Program-made: the position numbers and the translations under genes
The notes under the pieces: generated by a model
What the model saw: the letters and a program-made list of their open reading frames with translations, nothing else
The model's database searches: none
What the model was told of the DNA's origin: nothing
NCBI GenBank assembly: GCA_038060895.1
Contig: JBBTCT010000001.1
Span: forward strand, 1-64,000
Direction of reading: 5' to 3'
Source of the DNA: Planctomycetota bacterium
GTDB taxonomy: Bacteria; Planctomycetota; MHYJ01; WSZJ01
DNA: 64,000 bases
Shown here: piece by piece, positions 18,261 to 26,419 of the stretch
How the letters are laid out: every line of letters starts with the position of its first letter
Numbering within the stretch: position 1 is the stretch's first letter

Positions 18261-20570
18261 CTACTTGCGCTTGGGCACCGGCGGCGGAGTCCGGATTTCT
18301 GAATCCGGCGGCCCGACTCGCGGACGCGCGACAATTTTCGTCAGGCACATCAGCCGGAACCCGCCGTGCGGCGAGACGTGGTCCGCCGCCGCGCAGGACC
18401 TGTAGCTGGCGTGGCAACGGAGCCCGTCACTTCCCCAGTGCCCGCCCCGCATGATCCGCTCTTCCGCAAAATCCACCCCGGGTTCGTTCAGGCACATGTC
18501 CCGCGTGTTTCCGCCCAGCCCGAAAACGCCGTACGGCGACTCATCGGCCGGAAAGTCTTTCACGGACCCCGGCATCGCTCCTTCGCGATTCGTGCTGATC
18601 GTGTTGCACGCCCCGCGCAGGTGCACGTTTCCCCACGGGAACGTCCGCCCGTCCACGCCGCGCGCCGCTTTCTCCCATTCGATTTCGTGGGGAAGCGCGA
18701 ACAGCCACCCGGTCGCACCGCGTTTCCACGCGCAGTACTCGATCGCGTCGCGCCAGGAGATCGACACGATGGGCCAGCTCTCCTGCCAGTCGCCCGCGCA
18801 CCCGGGCAGCCGCTTCGAGGCCGTGCGGACGTCCTGCGGCGCAAGGGACAGGAACTCGGAGGTGGGGACCTGGAAAGGCGGCCCGAACCAGAAGTGCCCG
18901 GAGGCTTCCATTTCGCGCGGTGACCGGCGGCGAATGACGAAGTCGAGGTCGGTTCGCGCGCGCTCGTTGAGGAACTCCGCGTATTCGCGAGCCGTGACCG
19001 GGGAGCGATCAATCAGGTAGTCCTGCGTCCACACCGACTGAAGCGGCTCGCAATTCGGATTCTTGGCGTCGCCCTGGTAGAGGAACGATCCTTCCTGGAC
19101 CTGGGCGAAGCGCGGTGGAATCTCGGAGGGCAAGGACAGGGTCACCTCGACGGGCGTGTCCCCCACGAGCCCCGTGCGGACGGGGACGCGGACGGGGACC
19201 CGGTCCGGCATGCTGACAACGAGAACCCAGGAACCGCGTGGCAGATGCACGCCCTCGACGGGCGTCGTGCCGAGGTAGACACCCGGTCCCGAAGGTGAGT
19301 GCGGGGAATGGTCGTCGAACAGCGCCGATTGAAGTTCTGCAGGAAGCGGCACTTCTCCGCGCCCCTTGACTTCCGACGGCGTTGTCAGGCTCGCGAATTC
19401 GCCTGTGAGGTCGTATTTGAAGAGCCAGACCTGGGCGCCGGGCAGCGCTTCGGGGGTGCATTCGGGCCCGTGGGCCCGGAGGCGGAGCCAGCTTCCCCAG
19501 GCGTCCGCGGGGTCGCGGCCCGTCGGCGGGTGATTGAACGAACGGGCCCCGGTGATGAGGCTGACGCCGCGAAACACGAGCGAATCGGCGGCGAAGCGGC
19601 GGCCGTCGAGCACGCAACGGCAGGTAAAGGCGCGCGTCCGCACGCGCAGCGTCGATTCGCTCGTCCGGGGAACGGGGAGCGTCGTTTCGTGACGTTTCGC
19701 CTGCTCGATCAGCGACGACGACTTTTCCGCATCCCCTTCGACTTCCCAGTGATTCGCCGCCTGCCGGAAAAATTCTCCCGTGGCGCGCAGGATGACAGGA
19801 TTGGCCGACCGGCGGCGGACGAGGTCCTCGAGGGTGCGGCGGGATTGCTCGAAGAGCGAGGCTGCTTTTCGAACAAGTTTGCCGGTGGCTTCACGGTCGG
19901 CGCCGAGCGCGGTGACGCGCGGCTCGGAGACTCCGCGAGTCACGGCCTTGGCGCGGTATTCCGTCTGCTGGCGGATTTCGGTCAGGCAGTCGACGTAGAT
20001 CTTGAGCGCTCTCTCTGCGCGGCGCTCATCCTGCAACCGCTCCGCGGCGACGACTTCATCGGTTTCGTCCGGGACACCCGGGGTTTTCGCACCGGTCGCC
20101 CCGACCACTTTTGTCGGGGGATCCGTCCGGGATTTCCCCTCCCCCGCCGAGGAATCCCGCGCGCCGGCCGCCGGATCGGTCTGGATCGCCGAGAGGATCG
20201 AAAGTCCGGCCGAGAACTTCGAAAGGACCGTCGTGCCAAGTCTCTCCTTCGGGCGCATGGTGCGCAGCGACTCTTTCAGCAACGGGCCCATTTCCGCCGC
20301 GAAGAGCGCGTCGAGAATCTTCGGGTCCACCGGCGCGCTCGCCAGCGCACGCGCTTCATCCCCCTCATGGTGGCGCACGTGCGCCTCGGCGATCGAGCGG
20401 ATCAGCGCCATTTCCGACGGACCGATCGCGCCGTCTTCGACAAGTCGCAAGGTCAGCGACTTCGAAGGGTCGGTGTCGGCCTTCGCCGCCGACTTCAGGA
20501 ACTGATGGCCCAGCACAAACCGCATCTGGACGGCCATGAGTCCCGAGAGAATCTCGAATTCGCGTCCCAA
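18261..20570 (-). CDS. FGE-sulfatase domain protein, kinase-less paralogue of the convergent neighbour
   Basis: PVTAREYAEFLN, WPIVSISW.DA, EWEKAARG.DGR.FPWG, SPYGV..LGGN, RGG.W, GFRL. No HRD or DFG motifs. Start uncertain (TTG). Confidence 0.8.
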   Translation of the reverse strand: MGREFEILSGLMAVQMRFVLGHQFLKSAAKADTDPSKSLTLRLVEDGAIGPSEMALIRSIAEAHVRHHEGDEARALASAPVDPKILDALFAAEMGPLLKESLRTMRPKERLGTTVLSKFSAGLSILSAIQTDPAAGARDSSAGEGKSRTDPPTKVVGATGAKTPGVPDETDEVVAAERLQDERRAERALKIYVDCLTEIRQQTEYRAKAVTRGVSEPRVTALGADREATGKLVRKAASLFEQSRRTLEDLVRRRSANPVILRATGEFFRQAANHWEVEGDAEKSSSLIEQAKRHETTLPVPRTSESTLRVRTRAFTCRCVLDGRRFAADSLVFRGVSLITGARSFNHPPTGRDPADAWGSWLRLRAHGPECTPEALPGAQVWLFKYDLTGEFASLTTPSEVKGRGEVPLPAELQSALFDDHSPHSPSGPGVYLGTTPVEGVHLPRGSWVLVVSMPDRVPVRVPVRTGLVGDTPVEVTLSLPSEIPPRFAQVQEGSFLYQGDAKNPNCEPLQSVWTQDYLIDRSPVTAREYAEFLNERARTDLDFVIRRRSPREMEASGHFWFGPPFQVPTSEFLSLAPQDVRTASKRLPGCAGDWQESWPIVSISWRDAIEYCAWKRGATGWLFALPHEIEWEKAARGVDGRTFPWGNVHLRGACNTISTNREGAMPGSVKDFPADESPYGVFGLGGNTRDMCLNEPGVDFAEERIMRGGHWGSDGLRCHASYRSCAAADHVSPHGGFRLMCLTKIVARPRVGPPDSEIRTPPPVPKRK

Positions 20571-20676
20571 GTCGTCCCCCGCTCGGCGCCGGTCCCATGA
20601 TGCAATTCGGTCCCGCTCCGTCCCGCGGGGTCCGTATCGGCTTGACGAAGCGGCGATGTTAACCGCCGGGGCGGCT

Positions 20677-22128
20677 TCAAACCACCGAGATGTCCGGTCT
20701 TAACCTGCTTATAACGACCAGCAGGTCTCCCCTTTGCAGTTTGAAATCCTTCTCCGGGTTGAGCGTGACTTCGTGGCGCTTCCCGCCGGTCGGGCGGTCC
20801 ATCGCAATCAGGATGGCGTCCTTTTTCGTGAGCGCCGCGACGCCCTCCGCGAACGTTTTCCCCTCCAGCCACGCCGGGCACGCAATCTTGAAGAACTCGT
20901 TGCCGTACTGGACGGACAGCAGCTCCGCGATGATCGTGCTGATCCCGCTGTGAATCGCCATTGAGCTGAGCAGGGTCGCTCCATATTCCGAGGCGCAGAC
21001 CACGTCCTCGACTCCCGCCATGCGCAGGTGCGCCTCGTGTTCGCGATTCAGCAGTTCCGCGCAGGTGTAGATCTCGCCGTTCAGCTTTTCGATCGTCAGC
21101 GCCGCGAGAATCGTCCGCGCGTCGCGATCCTGGTCGCTCCGGTTCCGGCCCTTGTCGCTGACAATGATCGCCTTCGCCGCGCGCCTAATCCCCGCCTTCT
21201 CCAGAAGCTCCGCCTTCGTAAAGTCGCCCTTCACCAGGTAGATCAGGTCCCGGTTCACGATCTTCCAGTTCATCGGCGGCAGCTCTTCCAGTTCCCCGAT
21301 CACCACGATCGCGCGGTGCTTTTCCTCCGCCGAGTGCTGCAGCTCTTCGATCACCAGCGGCGCGCGCCGGTCCCAGCCGCAGATGATGATGTGGTCTTCC
21401 AGTTCGTCCAGGTCCATCGGGTTTGCCTCCAGGCGGCGGAGCCTCTGCGACATCACCGCGGCCGCGGTGCCGGTGACGATCGCGAAGAGGCAGAGTCCGG
21501 TCATGATGATGACGAGGGAAATGATCCGGCCCTGAATCGAAACGGGTACCTGATCGACAGGTTGGTTCGACACCATCGACAGCAGTGACCACCAGAAGGA
21601 ATCCGCGAAATTTCCGGGGACGGAGCCCGCTCCCTGGAACTCAAAGGCGGCCATGACGCAGGTGGCCACAAGCACGACAACGCCGGCGATCGTGAAAATC
21701 GCGATGAACTCCCCTCCGGCTCCCGAGGCGTACCGGCGACGAACCAGCGAGCCAACCCGCATCAGCCGGAGAAGCCGGAGAAGCCTCAACAGTCGCAGCG
21801 GCGCGTAGCCGACCGTCAACGGAAGCGACGCAAGAACGTCGAGCCAGTAGCGGGCACAAAAACGGGAACGCTTCCGATACGTCCAGCAGCGTACCGCCAG
21901 CTCGCCGAGGAAGAGGCCGGAGATCGCATGCCCGGCAACTTCGAGCAGCTTCACGGCCGCCGGATGTTTCGTCGCGTCGAGACTGATCTCGATCACGACC
22001 ATCGCGCTAGAGACGACGATCAGCGCGACAACCGCCCACTCGCACCAAGGCTCGTGCAGCATCCTGCGGACGCGCGATCGCGCGGATTCCCCCGGCTGCG
22101 GCCGTGAGACGAACGTGTCGCTTCTCAA
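20677..22128 (-). CDS. 6-TM voltage-sensor ion channel with RCK (TrkA-N/TrkA-C) domains, non-canonical filter
   Basis: S4 RLLRLLRLLRLMR, pore helix FWWSLL, HIIICGW, GDFT, ARTILAALTIE. Confidence 0.85.
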   Translation of the reverse strand: MRSDTFVSRPQPGESARSRVRRMLHEPWCEWAVVALIVVSSAMVVIEISLDATKHPAAVKLLEVAGHAISGLFLGELAVRCWTYRKRSRFCARYWLDVLASLPLTVGYAPLRLLRLLRLLRLMRVGSLVRRRYASGAGGEFIAIFTIAGVVVLVATCVMAAFEFQGAGSVPGNFADSFWWSLLSMVSNQPVDQVPVSIQGRIISLVIIMTGLCLFAIVTGTAAAVMSQRLRRLEANPMDLDELEDHIIICGWDRRAPLVIEELQHSAEEKHRAIVVIGELEELPPMNWKIVNRDLIYLVKGDFTKAELLEKAGIRRAAKAIIVSDKGRNRSDQDRDARTILAALTIEKLNGEIYTCAELLNREHEAHLRMAGVEDVVCASEYGATLLSSMAIHSGISTIIAELLSVQYGNEFFKIACPAWLEGKTFAEGVAALTKKDAILIAMDRPTGGKRHEVTLNPEKDFKLQRGDLLVVISRLRPDISVV

Positions 22129-22143
22129 ATCACCGCACCCCGC

Positions 22144-22962
22144 TCACGGCGCATTCTCAAGCTCCCAAAGCAGCTCTGCGGGCGTCCGGAAGCGGCGTTC
22201 GCGGTCCTTCGCGAGCATGCGCGGGAGAACGGCTTTCACCCACGGCGGGATGTGGAAGGTCACGTCGTCGATGAAGGGCTGCTCTTTGACCTGGGCGAGC
22301 AGCACGTCCTCGCGTTTTCCGGTGAAGGGCAGCCGGCCGAAGATCATCTGGTAGAGGATGATCCCGATCGAGTAGGCGTCGGATCGGAAATCGAGATCGA
22401 GCTTGCCGAGCGCCTGCTCCGGCGACATGAATTCCGGCGTGCCCGCCGTCGTTTCGCTCATCCCGCGCGAGAGGTTTCCGATCGGCTCGGCGAGACCGAG
22501 GTCGCACAGCTTCACCTGGTCGTGACCCGTCACGAGCAGGTTGTCCGGCTTGAGGTCGCAGTGCACGAATCCCTTTTCGCACAGCACGGCCAGGGCTTTC
22601 GCCGTGTCGATGAGCACTCGCCGCGCGATTGGCGGAATCAGCGTCCCGTTGCGCTGGATGAGATGCGACAGCGGGATGCAGGGCACGTACTCCATCACGA
22701 GATACGGCAGTCCGTGCACGTTCCCGCGCTTGAGGCCCTTCACGATCCACGGCGACGACAGGCTGAGGAGGAGCTGGGACTCGGTCGTGAAGCGGTGGAC
22801 GTACGCCTGGTTTTTCGCTTTTTCAGGGTAGAGCATCTTGATCGCGACGACCTGGAACGTGGCCATGTCCACGGCTTTGAAGATGGCCGCGAAGCCGCCG
22901 GTTGCGATCTTTCCCTGGACCTGGTAGCCGGGGATGGTCTGAAGATCGGGGGTGGGTTCCAC
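22144..22962 (-). CDS. Stand-alone Ser/Thr protein kinase
   Basis: VAIK, HCDLKPDN, DLG, GTPEFMSPEQ. Confidence 0.85.
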   Translation of the reverse strand: MEPTPDLQTIPGYQVQGKIATGGFAAIFKAVDMATFQVVAIKMLYPEKAKNQAYVHRFTTESQLLLSLSSPWIVKGLKRGNVHGLPYLVMEYVPCIPLSHLIQRNGTLIPPIARRVLIDTAKALAVLCEKGFVHCDLKPDNLLVTGHDQVKLCDLGLAEPIGNLSRGMSETTAGTPEFMSPEQALGKLDLDFRSDAYSIGIILYQMIFGRLPFTGKREDVLLAQVKEQPFIDDVTFHIPPWVKAVLPRMLAKDRERRFRTPAELLWELENAP

Positions 22963-23012
22963 AGAATGAGGTTATCACTTCTTCGTTGCGGAGAAATGCT
23001 TTGGGCTGTCCC

Positions 23013-23435
23013 TCAGACCGCGGGCGCCGCGGGAATCTTTCTCCGGATGCGCGCAACGACCGAGTCGTGCTCCTTTGGGGAAAGGCGCACGGGCGCGTGC
23101 GAGAACGTCCAGATCGGACGGTTCCAGGCGGGGTCGTCGGTCCGCCGCGGGATGATGTGCCAGTGAACGTGCGGTTCCTGGTTACCAAGGAGCTCGATGT
23201 TCATCTTCGTCGCGCCGAACGCGTTCTTCAGGATCCGGGCTGCCTCCGAAACTTCCTCCATCGCGGCCGCGCGCTCGGCGGGGGACATCTCGAACAGCTC
23301 GGTCACGTGCTTCTTGTGGATCAGCATCGACCAGCCCGGCCACGTCTGGTCCTCGGCAAGCCGCCAGACGTGATGCGGCCACTCGACGATGAAGAAACCA
23401 TCGCGCTTCGAGAGTCCGGCGCACATCGTGCACAT
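23013..23435 (-). CDS. HIT family hydrolase
   Basis: N-terminal CxxC, LGNQEPHVHWHIIPR histidine triad; TAATG overlap with the upstream gene. Confidence 0.9.
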   Translation of the reverse strand: MCTMCAGLSKRDGFFIVEWPHHVWRLAEDQTWPGWSMLIHKKHVTELFEMSPAERAAAMEEVSEAARILKNAFGATKMNIELLGNQEPHVHWHIIPRRTDDPAWNRPIWTFSHAPVRLSPKEHDSVVARIRRKIPAAPAV

Positions 23436-24355
23436 TACTTGCGGTGCTCCATCCAGAGGTCCACGAACCCCTTGTAGTTCTTCGCCACCATGTCCACAGC
23501 GCCCTGCCGGTCGTGCTTCTTCTCCTTGAACCCGACAAGCGCATCCCAGAACACGGTCCGTCCCACCGCGAAGCCGATCACGCCCGGCACCTTCGCGCCG
23601 GCGATGAGCCACTCCTTGACCTTCGCCGCACTTTCGCCGCGCCCGAGCACGATCACCCCGACTTCCGACCGGTTTCCCGCCCGCGCCGCGTCCGCGACCT
23701 TCTTCGCGTCCTCGGGCTTCTCCACGCCTTCCACCTTCCAGACGTCCGGCTCAACGCCCGCTTTCTGAAGCGCCACAATCGAAGCGCACATCAGCGCCGG
23801 TCTCTTTTCCGTGTCGTATTTCCCCTTGTCCCCGCCGCACTCTTTCAGCTGCGCTTCCGTCGCCGGCACAAGCAGCTCGAACATGAATTTCCGGTGGTGC
23901 ACCTTCAGGTATTCGGACAGTTCCTTCAGCCTTGCCGCCTGCCGCGCGTTCATCGCCGGATCGGCCCCCGTGTTGTAGCGCACGAGCACCTTCACCAGCA
24001 GCGGGTCGAACTTCTCGATGTGCGCCCCGTACTCTTTCCCGTATTCGAAGTCGAACTCGTCCTGCCCCGACTTCTCCGTCGGCATGCACGCCGCAATCCC
24101 GTTCTTCCGCGCGTCCAGCAGGCACGCTTCGCCGAACTGCTCGTCCACCAGGATCGCGCTCTTGTCCTTCGGCACACCCAGCGTCAGCGCCCTTTTGAAT
24201 CCGTCGTAGACGATCTCCTTGAACGAAGCGACGACCTTCGTCTCCTCGGCGGTCGGCTGGCGGCCCTTGATCCCGAACAGTTTTTCGAGAAACGAGCCGC
24301 GGTGGTCGAAGGGCATGACGAGAAGGTCGCGGTTGTAGCCGAGACTGGAAGACAT
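23435..24355 (-). CDS. DUF2090 / IolC C-terminal-like class I aldolase (TIM barrel)
   Basis: PFDHR, KVLVRY, FELLVP, GVEPDVWKVE, VLGRG, GFAVGRT.F motifs. Confidence 0.8.
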   Translation of the reverse strand: MSSSLGYNRDLLVMPFDHRGSFLEKLFGIKGRQPTAEETKVVASFKEIVYDGFKRALTLGVPKDKSAILVDEQFGEACLLDARKNGIAACMPTEKSGQDEFDFEYGKEYGAHIEKFDPLLVKVLVRYNTGADPAMNARQAARLKELSEYLKVHHRKFMFELLVPATEAQLKECGGDKGKYDTEKRPALMCASIVALQKAGVEPDVWKVEGVEKPEDAKKVADAARAGNRSEVGVIVLGRGESAAKVKEWLIAGAKVPGVIGFAVGRTVFWDALVGFKEKKHDRQGAVDMVAKNYKGFVDLWMEHRK

Positions 24356-24461
24356 GGAAGAGCTCCTTTGCAGGTGAATCGTGACGGGAGCGCGAGAGTA
24401 GCCGGGGGCGGGAAATGGCGTCAAGAAAGGCGGGGACAAGAGAAAGTGAGACACTGGTGGG

Positions 24462-25634
24462 GTGAAGCGCTTCATCGGAATTCTGGAGGACGATGCGGAG
24501 AGCAGGGTTCCGCAATTCGTGCAGACCTCGAGAATCCTGGAGCGCTCCGGGTTTCAGTTGGTCGTGCATGAGATTGTTCCGGACTTTACGAAGTGGATGG
24601 CCTCCACCTGGTCGGAGATTGCCCTGGTGTCGCTTGATCACGACCTCGGACTCCCGAGGGAGGTCGATGGGATTCGGGTTGATCCCGGCGAAGGAATGGA
24701 TGCGGTCCGGTATCTCGCGGGGCGGAAACCGGACTTCCCGGTCGTGGTGCACAGTGCCAATCCCATTGGCGCCGAACGGATGATGCTCGGCCTTGCGGAC
24801 GCCGGCTGGACCGCTTGGCGACTGCCGCCATTTGGCGACGATTGGATCGGGACAGCATGGTTACGCCGTGTGCTGTTGCTGACGGGCGCTGAGAGTGCCT
24901 CAGACTTACTTTGCGATTACGTCCTTCAGCGTCTTCTCCACCTCGGCCGCGTTATCCCCGACGGCCACGGTCGCGACCAGCTCTCCTTCCGCATTCAGGA
25001 CCGACAGCCCTGGGAATTCCGCGCCCGCGTTCGCCTTTACGAATGCGTACGCGTGCGGCCGCCGGATCAGGATTCGGACGTACGACTGCGAGGCCTTGAC
25101 GACCCCTTCGTTCTTCAACGTGTCGCAGAGCGGACCGCTCTCGAAGTGTGCGGTCGCTCATCACGTCTCCGCGCCGCTGGCGCCCACGAGCACTTTCTTG
25201 CCTGCCTTTTTTGCCTCGGCGAGTGCGTCGTCGAGTTGCTCGGGACCGGCGTATGTCCATTCGACGCCCGGCCAGGCCGCTCCGTCCTCGGCCGTCAGAG
25301 TCACCGTAACCGTTTCTTCCTTCAGCGTGTCGCTGCGCTTGAGGCGGACTTTCACCTCGGCTCCCGGCTTTGCGACCTTCAGCTGGTCGGTCAGGTCGTC
25401 GTTCGTGAACAGCTTCTGGTCTCCGAACTGAAGCAGCACGTCGCCGGCCTTGATGCCCGCCTTTGCAGCTGCACCGCCTTCCGCGACCTTGTCGACCACC
25501 ACGCCGCACACCCGGTCCACCAGCACTTCCTCCAACCCGAGCGGCTCTTCTTCCTCCTGCGCCGCAGCGTGCGATTCGAGCCCCAGCACCGCCCGTTTCG
25601 GCTTCGGCGGCTCTTCGGCAAACGCGACGGCTGA
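24462..25634 (+). CDS. Receiver-like protein (cyclic-phosphate-processing REC type); the domain ends near 24890 but the frame runs on antisense to the neighbour
   Basis: ILEDD, SLDHDLG, G.D...L, VHSANP.GA..M in the first 140 aa. The remainder is shadow sequence of the minus-strand gene. Confidence 0.6.
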   Translation: MKRFIGILEDDAESRVPQFVQTSRILERSGFQLVVHEIVPDFTKWMASTWSEIALVSLDHDLGLPREVDGIRVDPGEGMDAVRYLAGRKPDFPVVVHSANPIGAERMMLGLADAGWTAWRLPPFGDDWIGTAWLRRVLLLTGAESASDLLCDYVLQRLLHLGRVIPDGHGRDQLSFRIQDRQPWEFRARVRLYECVRVRPPDQDSDVRLRGLDDPFVLQRVAERTALEVCGRSSRLRAAGAHEHFLACLFCLGECVVELLGTGVCPFDARPGRSVLGRQSHRNRFFLQRVAALEADFHLGSRLCDLQLVGQVVVREQLLVSELKQHVAGLDARLCSCTAFRDLVDHHAAHPVHQHFLQPERLFFLLRRSVRFEPQHRPFRLRRLFGKRDG

Positions 25635-25667
25635 TGCGAGGAGAAGGACAGGCAAGTGGAGCTTCAT
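24906..25667 (-). CDS. Predicted selenoprotein A: signal peptide + PDZ + thioredoxin-like domain with adjacent U-U (253 aa)
   Basis: ORFs 25161..25724 and 24906..25118 are in frame: KKVLVGASGAET-TGA(25163-61)-TGA(25160-58)-ATAHFESGPLCDTLKNEGVVKAS. True stop is TAA. PDZ motif GGAAAKAGIKAGDVLL. Colinear with its paralogue on both sides of the TGAs. Confidence 0.82.
25123..25144 (-). promoter_or_regulatory. Candidate SECIS for selenoprotein A
   Basis: UCG-AGAGCG-[GUC]-CGCUCU-G-CGA. The loop starts 22 nt after the second UGA and begins with GU. Confidence 0.6.
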
Positions 25668-25735
25668 GAGCGTTGCCTTGACTGGAAGTTCATTGAGCAC
25701 GGCGCTGAACGGACGGCGCATCATACTCCGCGGAA

Positions 25736-26419
25736 TCAGCGGGACGACCGAACCTCCGCCAGTAGATCCGCAAACTTCCTGGCCTGGAAGTGCCCCTCAA
25801 AGCGCCGGAGCACCCTTCCGTCTGGCGTCAGCGCCACGGCTACGGGAACGGCGGAAACCTGGAGCAACTCCGCGACGCCACGCTCGCCCTCAACGTCCAC
25901 CCGGTCGAAAACCCACTTCGCCAGCTCGGCCCGGACTGATTCGTGTGGATACGTCTCCGCATCCATGAGCTCGCACGTCACTCACCCGGGACCGCTGAAA
26001 TCGAGAAGCACCAGCTTCCCGGAGGTACGCGCTTCGTCGAACCGCACTCGAAGCCGTTCCGGCAGCGTCGCCGGGTCGATGCGCTCGACTGCCGCAGCAA
26101 CGGGCGCACTTCCTGAATCGAGTCGCCGCACCGAGTAGCCGAGCCCGCGCACGGTTTCGCAAATCCGCTCCGCTGTCGTGCGGGAAGGGTCAAACCGGAT
26201 GTCAAATCGATCGTCCGCCAGGGTGACCGTCAATTCGAGAACTCCGGGATGCCCCTCCAGGGCCTCCTGTACGGCGTTCGGTCACCCCAGTCAGGTCAAC
26301 CCGAGCGTCTTCGTCATCCCTTCAACCCGGATGGCAACGACGCCTTCCTGTGACGCGGGGGGCGCCGAAGCGCACCCGCACGCGAGAATCAGCACGAAGA
26401 CCATGCGCTGTTGAATCAC
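25736..26419 (-). CDS. Predicted selenoprotein B: lipoprotein, HMA domain (UxxU) + thioredoxin domain (UxxC) (about 227 aa, 3 Sec)
   Basis: GTG 26419 overlapping the upstream stop (GTGA), or ATG 26404. Lipobox LACG-C. IRVEGMTKTLGLT-TGA(26293-91)-LG-TGA(26284-82)-PNAVQEALEGHPGV...GLGY, then GKLVLLDFSGPG-TGA(25984-82)-VTCELMDAETY...SAVP. All in one frame. Confidence 0.88.
25946..25965 (-). promoter_or_regulatory. Candidate SECIS for the UxxC codon
   Basis: UGGAUGCG-[GAGA]-CGUAUCCA, 8-bp stem; loop starts 24 nt after UGA. Confidence 0.65.
26239..26279 (-). promoter_or_regulatory. Candidate SECIS for the UxxU codons
   Basis: GGA-G-GCCCU-[GGA]-GGGGC-A-UCC upper stem with GAAC/GUUC and CCG/CGG lower stems; loop starts 23 nt after the second UGA. 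Confidence 0.5.

Noticed and set aside
21795-21825. TVGY sequence in the channel as a K+ filter
   Set aside because: It lies just before S4, not in the pore loop; coincidental.
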